Origin: a virus
Taxonomy: Duplodnaviria; Caudoviricetes
Virus record (IMG/VR): IMGVR_UViG_3300037242_000178
Span: 1-62,017 of that record
Reading direction: 5' to 3' (one strand)
Length of the DNA: 62,017 bases
The notes under the pieces were generated by a model. The model worked only from the letters and a program-made list of their open reading frames with translations, ran no database searches and was not told where the DNA came from. Made by a program: the position numbers and the translations under genes. This document shows positions 56,982 through 62,017 of this stretch, in pieces (positions within the stretch are counted from its first letter, which is position 1; each line of letters begins with the position of its first letter).

Positions 56982-57617
56982 ATGAAGATCAAAATAGATA
57001 GAAACCGACTTTTAGCTGCTCTTTGCACTTCCGCAAAAGCGGATCGTCGCGCCGACTTAAATCACATCCTTGTCGAAGCGACAAAGAATGAAACGCGCCT
57101 GACATCGACTACCGGTTCTGTAATGTCTATTCAACGCACGGTTCATTCTGAAAAAGAATCGAATGAATGTGATTTTGCTCGAGTTTTTATCCCAGTCTCG
57201 ATTTGCAAAGGGATAAAGAAAGATTCGATTAATTCTCCATTGCTTTTGGTAGATGACGGGACGAATTGGCATTTGGTTGATTATTTGAAAGGCGTGTCAT
57301 GGGCTTTCAAGGACGTCGTCCACAAGCGACGTCCTTTTGAACAAATGATTCCGAAAAAAACCGACGCAAACGGACGGCACGGGTTCGATCCATTACTTCT
57401 TTTCAAATTTCAAAAAGCGGCGCAAATTCTTCGAAAAAAAAGTGCGCGAATTTCGTTTGAATTCAATGGCTACGACGCCTATGCGGTTTTTGTTCTGAAT
57501 GACCCGGATTATGTCGGCGTTCTGATGTCGCTCAGATTCTCTGGAGGAGAGGTCGAGTTTTGTCCTAGCGATCATTGGGCGCGGACGGCATTGACGTTGA
57601 CGGAATGCGAAAAGTGA
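56982..57617 (+). CDS. DNA polymerase III beta-clamp-like protein
   Basis: AKADRRADLNHILVE...TTG, FDPLLL and GVLMSLR patterns; adjacent to the exonuclease and polymerase genes. Confidence 0.6.
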   Translation: MKIKIDRNRLLAALCTSAKADRRADLNHILVEATKNETRLTSTTGSVMSIQRTVHSEKESNECDFARVFIPVSICKGIKKDSINSPLLLVDDGTNWHLVDYLKGVSWAFKDVVHKRRPFEQMIPKKTDANGRHGFDPLLLFKFQKAAQILRKKSARISFEFNGYDAYAVFVLNDPDYVGVLMSLRFSGGEVEFCPSDHWARTALTLTECEK

Positions 57618-58162
57618 AACTCGCGATTATTTGGGATACCGAAACTACGGGTCTTCTTTTGCATCCGAATGCGGAGTTGAGCAAACAGCCGCGCATCACA
57701 GAATTTGGCGGCTCTCTTCTCGATTGCGCGACGGGCGCGGTGCGCGACACACTCAACGTGTTGATTAACCCGGGGATAGAATTGTCGCCGGAAATAACGA
57801 AGTTGACCGGAATCACGAATGAGATGTTGCGCGACGAACCGCCCTTCGTTGATGCGTTGCCGAAAATAAGCGCATTTTTTGCGCAAGCGTCAAGCATGTT
57901 CTCGCACAATTTGCCATTCGACAAAGGCGTTTTGATACGTGAACTCCGGCGAATCGATGCGAACGCGATAGAGACGTTCCCGTGGCCTGCGCACGAGTTT
58001 TGTACGGTAGGGCTTTATTCGGAGCAGTACGGGCGAAATCCGCGCCTAATTGAGTTGTATGCGGACGTAATGGAAAAGCCGCTGGAGCAGAAGCACCGCG
58101 CAATGTCAGACGTGGAAGCGTTGATTGAAATCATTCAAAAAGAAAGGTTATATTTATTATGA
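57614..58162 (+). CDS. DEDDh 3'-5' exonuclease (Pol III epsilon-like)
   Basis: DTETTG, HNLPFD and HRAMSD motifs. Confidence 0.9.
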   Translation: MKLAIIWDTETTGLLLHPNAELSKQPRITEFGGSLLDCATGAVRDTLNVLINPGIELSPEITKLTGITNEMLRDEPPFVDALPKISAFFAQASSMFSHNLPFDKGVLIRELRRIDANAIETFPWPAHEFCTVGLYSEQYGRNPRLIELYADVMEKPLEQKHRAMSDVEALIEIIQKERLYLL

Positions 58163-58314
58163 AAAGTGCATTTATCGGTTCGTTATGGCTTTTTATCTGG
58201 ATTTGCGATTTTGCGGCTTCTTCTACCGTAAATTTTGAGTGTCCATGCGAAGTGTTTTCAATCGTCGCTCTTTCCATTATTAGCGCGTGGAATTTTGGAA
58301 AGGCGATCTTTTAA
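58159..58314 (+). CDS. Small membrane protein (51 aa)
   Basis: ATGA-coupled to the exonuclease gene; two hydrophobic segments. Confidence 0.45.
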   Translation: MKSAFIGSLWLFIWICDFAASSTVNFECPCEVFSIVALSIISAWNFGKAIF

Positions 58315-58398
58315 CTGTGAATACTGGCGCAAGACTTTTGGTCATGCCTCAGTTACATCTGTAGCTGGGTGTGTAATTTTTATGGCTCCTAAAAGGAC

Positions 58399-58563
58399 AT
58401 GATTGTGAATTTTCTATGTTTTATGCTAGCCTCGACCGCGTTTGCGATGGACGTCTCGCTATTGCCCGTTCTAGCCGTTGATGAAAGCCCTTGGATACTC
58501 TTAGTGCTTGTGTTACTGCCTGTTTGCGTATGGATTTTAATTAGTCGGATTGATAAATTATGA
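58399..58563 (+). CDS. Small membrane protein (54 aa)
   Basis: AAGGA RBS; two hydrophobic segments. Confidence 0.5.
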   Translation: MIVNFLCFMLASTAFAMDVSLLPVLAVDESPWILLVLVLLPVCVWILISRIDKL

Positions 58564-58700
58564 AATGCATTCTGTGGACAGTTGTGGGCGTGATCAACGC
58601 GGCAATCGTTTTCCCGATGACCGATGGATATCCATTTTGCGCAGCATGCTCGCTAACGTTTGCGCTGTTCGCTGCCTATAAAGCTGCAATGAATTTATGA
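58560..58700 (+). CDS. Small membrane protein (46 aa)
   Basis: ATGA overlaps with the upstream ORF and with dnaE. Confidence 0.5.
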   Translation: MKCILWTVVGVINAAIVFPMTDGYPFCAACSLTFALFAAYKAAMNL

Positions 58701-61474
58701 CCATTCCAAATTTAAGAGTGAGAACGGAATTTTCGTTCAAATCCGTTTTCGGGCCGGTTGCGCTGGTAAGCGAAACGCTGGCGAAAATGAAGTGTCCTGC
58801 TGCTGCAATGGTAGATGTGGGGACGTGGGGACATGCGGCATGGGCGAAACAGCTAAAAAAAGACGGCGTAAAACCTATGTTCGGAGTCGAAATCGTCTGC
58901 CCACGAGCGGACGGCAAAAAGCCGTCTTGTTGGGCGCTGGCAACGGAAACGAAAGACTTTTACAATTTAAGCTCGCAAGCGTTAAAGAAAGATGCCGACT
59001 TTGACGAGTTGATGCGCAACGCCCGAGGCGTGATTCGTTTCGCTGGCGCGGCGCTCATGGAACCTGACACGTTCGATTACATCGATATAAATCCGGCGTC
59101 GCTAATCAAGCAAAAACAGGCGCTAGAACTTCACCGAAAAACGGGAAAACCGCTGGTTGTGACGGGGGATAACGCTTATCCTAGGACAGCCGATTACGCC
59201 GCGTTCATGGCGCTTTCAGGGCGCGAAAAGCTTACGCCGCAACACATCCTGTCTGAAGCTGAATTGCGCGCCGCATTGCCCTGCTTGACCGATGCGCAAT
59301 TCGCGCAAGCGGTAAAAAATTCTTTCGAAATCGAGGAGCGCTGCGCCGATGCGCTGCCGACAGCGCCGATAATTGCGTTGGACGGGGACTTGCGCAAAAT
59401 CGTCGAAGAAGGCAAAACCGTAAGGCTGGCGTTGAGACATATAACGGAATGGACGCTGGAGTATCAATCGCGGATGGAGTATGAACTTTCCGTCATCGAA
59501 CTTAAAAAGTTCGAGAGTTATTTCGTTTGTGTGGCCGATTTGATGGAGTGGGCGAAAAAGCGCATGCTGTGCGGCCCGGGACGCGGCTCTTCCGCAGGAT
59601 CGCTAGTTTGCTATTTGCTTCGGATAACCGAAATCGACCCGCTTAAACACGGATTGATGTTTGAGCGGTTCATGTCCCCAGAACGAAACGACATGCCTGA
59701 CATCGATCTTGATTTTAGCGATGTGAAACGTGATGAATGCTTCGCGTATCTCGCTGAGAAATATGGCGCGGAAAAAGTGGCGCGAATCGGGAACATCAAT
59801 ACGTTAAAGCCACGCAGCGCCATGGGAAAAATTTGCGAAAGAATGGCGGTGCAAGATGTCGAACGGTTTAACGTCATCGACGTTTTAATCGATTACAGCG
59901 CAGGCGATGCGCGCTATGGACATTCGTTGGAAGATACGTTCGCGCAAACGGAATCTGGGCGGCGATTTGCAGCGAAACACCCGGAGTTTACGACGGCGCT
60001 TGGCATTGAAAATCATGCGTCGCATACCGGCGTGCATGCGGCAGGAATGATCGTTTGTAACGAGTCGATCAGCGATTTTTGCACGGTAGGGGAGAGCGGG
60101 GTTGCGCAAATCGACAAGCCCTATGCAGAAGCCGTTAACTTATTGAAGATCGATGCTCTTGGATTAAGCACATTGGGAATAATTGAGGACGCAGGATGCG
60201 TGAAAGCCGACGAGCTTTATGCATTGACGTTTGACGATCCTAAAGTCTTTGCGCTGTTGAACTCTCATCGTTTTACTGGCGTGTTCCAATTCGAAGGCAC
60301 ATCACAAAGGCGCATTGCTGCGCAAATCGACATCAAATCGTTTCGAGAAATTAACCACATCGTTGCGTTGGCACGCCCAGGCCCGATGAGTTGCGGCGCG
60401 ACGGAACATTATATCAGACGTGTTGCCGGGAATGAAACTCTCCATTTTCATCACGTCCTGATGGAAGCTTGTTTGGGCGCGACTTACGGAATTGTACTTT
60501 TTCAAGAACAGGTAATGAGGATTTGCGCAGAAATAGGTCTTTTCGACTGGAAAGAGGTTTCCGCCGTTCGCAAATTAATTTCTCTGCGTAAAGGGGAGGA
60601 AGCGCTAAATGTTTGGCGTGAAAAGTTTCTTGCCGGAGCTATCCAAAAAGGCATGAAGGGCGCAGATGCAACGCAACTATGGGATGAAATGGTGTCGTTT
60701 GGGGCGTATGGATTTAACGAAGCCCATAGCGTTGCTTATGGCGCAATTGCTTACTATACCGCATGGATGAAAGTGTATCATCCATTGGAATATGCAGCTG
60801 CATGCTTGCGCAACGCGAAAGACGACGAGCAGGCGCTTTCCTTGCTCAGAGACATGCAGGGGGAAGGTGTCGATTATGTCGCGTTCGATGCGGATCGCAG
60901 CAGCATCGATTGGGAAGTTGTTGATGAAATGTTGATCGGTGGTTTTAAAAATCTGAAAGGATTCGGGCCAGCCAAAGCATCAGCGGCTGTCGAACAGCGC
61001 AACGCTGGAAAATTGAATAAAGAAAAAATTGCGAAAATGGAAGTGAAGTTTGCCGAACTGCGTCCGCTGCACACTGCCTATTCGGATTTGTACCGCAACC
61101 CTGAAAATCATGGATGTCGAACGGGTAGTGTAATCCGCCAATTAAACGAATTGCCGGATGGCGGCGATGTTCTGACAATTGGGCGCGTGATAAAAGTGGA
61201 GTTGCGCGATGAAAACGAGAAAACGCGATTGGATCGACGGAATGGAAAACGAATCGAAGGGCAAACGCTGTTCTTAAACATTATCGTTTCCGACGACACC
61301 GGATCGACATGTACGTTGCGGATTGATCGGTATAAGTACATGCCATTCGGAAAAACGCTTTTTGAAACGCTTAAAATCGGCGACGATTTGTTGTGTAGGG
61401 GATCGAGAATTCCTAGATTCGAAATGATAAAAATCACTCTAGTTAAAGTTTTGAATAGGGAAATAAAGGTTTAA
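58697..61474 (+). CDS. dnaE: DNA polymerase III alpha subunit-like (family C)
   Basis: GPGRGSSAGS, FERF, PDIDLD, HAAG, KIDALGL, ARPGP and YGFNEAHS motifs. Confidence 0.95.
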   Translation: MTIPNLRVRTEFSFKSVFGPVALVSETLAKMKCPAAAMVDVGTWGHAAWAKQLKKDGVKPMFGVEIVCPRADGKKPSCWALATETKDFYNLSSQALKKDADFDELMRNARGVIRFAGAALMEPDTFDYIDINPASLIKQKQALELHRKTGKPLVVTGDNAYPRTADYAAFMALSGREKLTPQHILSEAELRAALPCLTDAQFAQAVKNSFEIEERCADALPTAPIIALDGDLRKIVEEGKTVRLALRHITEWTLEYQSRMEYELSVIELKKFESYFVCVADLMEWAKKRMLCGPGRGSSAGSLVCYLLRITEIDPLKHGLMFERFMSPERNDMPDIDLDFSDVKRDECFAYLAEKYGAEKVARIGNINTLKPRSAMGKICERMAVQDVERFNVIDVLIDYSAGDARYGHSLEDTFAQTESGRRFAAKHPEFTTALGIENHASHTGVHAAGMIVCNESISDFCTVGESGVAQIDKPYAEAVNLLKIDALGLSTLGIIEDAGCVKADELYALTFDDPKVFALLNSHRFTGVFQFEGTSQRRIAAQIDIKSFREINHIVALARPGPMSCGATEHYIRRVAGNETLHFHHVLMEACLGATYGIVLFQEQVMRICAEIGLFDWKEVSAVRKLISLRKGEEALNVWREKFLAGAIQKGMKGADATQLWDEMVSFGAYGFNEAHSVAYGAIAYYTAWMKVYHPLEYAAACLRNAKDDEQALSLLRDMQGEGVDYVAFDADRSSIDWEVVDEMLIGGFKNLKGFGPAKASAAVEQRNAGKLNKEKIAKMEVKFAELRPLHTAYSDLYRNPENHGCRTGSVIRQLNELPDGGDVLTIGRVIKVELRDENEKTRLDRRNGKRIEGQTLFLNIIVSDDTGSTCTLRIDRYKYMPFGKTLFETLKIGDDLLCRGSRIPRFEMIKITLVKVLNREIKV

Positions 61475-61507
61475 TTTCAGTTCACCAAGAATTTATTAGG
61501 AGGCGAC

Positions 61508-62017
61508 ATGATTGAGCTAAGAAATAATCTGCCATTGCCCCAGGGCTGCACGATTGGCGGCAACGCCGATTTGACGGGCTACGGCCACCAATTGCCCCAG
61601 GGCTGCACGATTGGCGGCGCTGCTTGGTTGAGAGGCTACGATCACCAATTGCCCCAGGGCTGCACGATTGGCGGCGCTGCTTGGTTGAGAGGCTACGATC
61701 ACCAATTGCCCCAGGGCTGCACGATTGGCGGCGACGCTTTTTTAAGAGGCTACAACCACCCATTGCCCCAGGGCTGCACGATTGGCGGCAACGCTTGGTT
61801 GGAGGGCTACGACTGCCCGTTGCCCCAGGGCTGCACGATAGACGGCGACGCCGATTTGACGGGCTACGGCCACCAATTGCCGCAGGGCTGCACGATTGGC
61901 GGCGACGCCTATTTGAAGGGCTACGACCACCCGTTGTCGCCGGGCTGCACGATTGGCGGCGATGCTTTTTTAAGAGGCTACGACCACCAATTGCCCCAGG
62001 GCTGCACGATTGGCGGC
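61508..62017 (+). CDS. 19-aa variable repeat protein C, 5' part (continues at position 100 on the circle)
   Basis: AGGAGG RBS; MIELRNNLPLPQGCTIGG start; open to the end of the window. Confidence 0.85.
   Translation, partial: MIELRNNLPLPQGCTIGGNADLTGYGHQLPQGCTIGGAAWLRGYDHQLPQGCTIGGAAWLRGYDHQLPQGCTIGGDAFLRGYNHPLPQGCTIGGNAWLEGYDCPLPQGCTIDGDADLTGYGHQLPQGCTIGGDAYLKGYDHPLSPGCTIGGDAFLRGYDHQLPQGCTIGG
61535..62017 (+). repeat. 57-bp coding tandem repeat (7 units before the junction overlap)
   Basis: Visible 57-bp periodicity. Confidence 0.95.

Noticed and set aside
44439-61474. Inteins in TerL, helicase or DnaE
   Set aside because: Lengths are normal or compact, and no intein terminal or LAGLIDADG motifs were seen

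Overview
A ~61.9 kb tailed-phage genome, assembled as a circle (bases 1-99 repeat exactly at 61919-62017). It is a contractile-tailed myovirus with a Bcep781/PB1-style structural set: TerS, TerL, DUF1073 portal, MuF, DUF2213 protease/scaffold, DUF2184 capsid, DUF3383 sheath, tube, tape measure and baseplate. It has its own replication genes (DnaE-type polymerase, DEDDh exonuclease, beta-clamp-like protein, primase, helicase), a MazG-like pyrophosphatase and a C5 DNA methyltransferase. I saw no integrase, tRNA or CRISPR array. There are two arms: plus strand 52619 through the junction to 5092, and minus strand 52508 to 5093. The most unusual elements are (1) three paralogous genes built from 34 near-identical 57-bp/19-aa units with three alternating hypervariable residues, (2) four consecutive fibre-like genes in the baseplate operon, all with Sec signal peptides and paired cysteines, (3) a Nudix-cargo-protease polyprotein punctuated by AxD motifs, (4) a lysis region carrying a papain-DUF4214 protease, a lipoprotein and a lipase, (5) a recurring TAAAGTNACTTTA palindrome at late-gene junctions, and (6) a structured leader that can pair with the tail-chaperone RBS. 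All family assignments come from motif recognition and synteny, not database searches. The host is probably a Gram-negative proteobacterium (inference).
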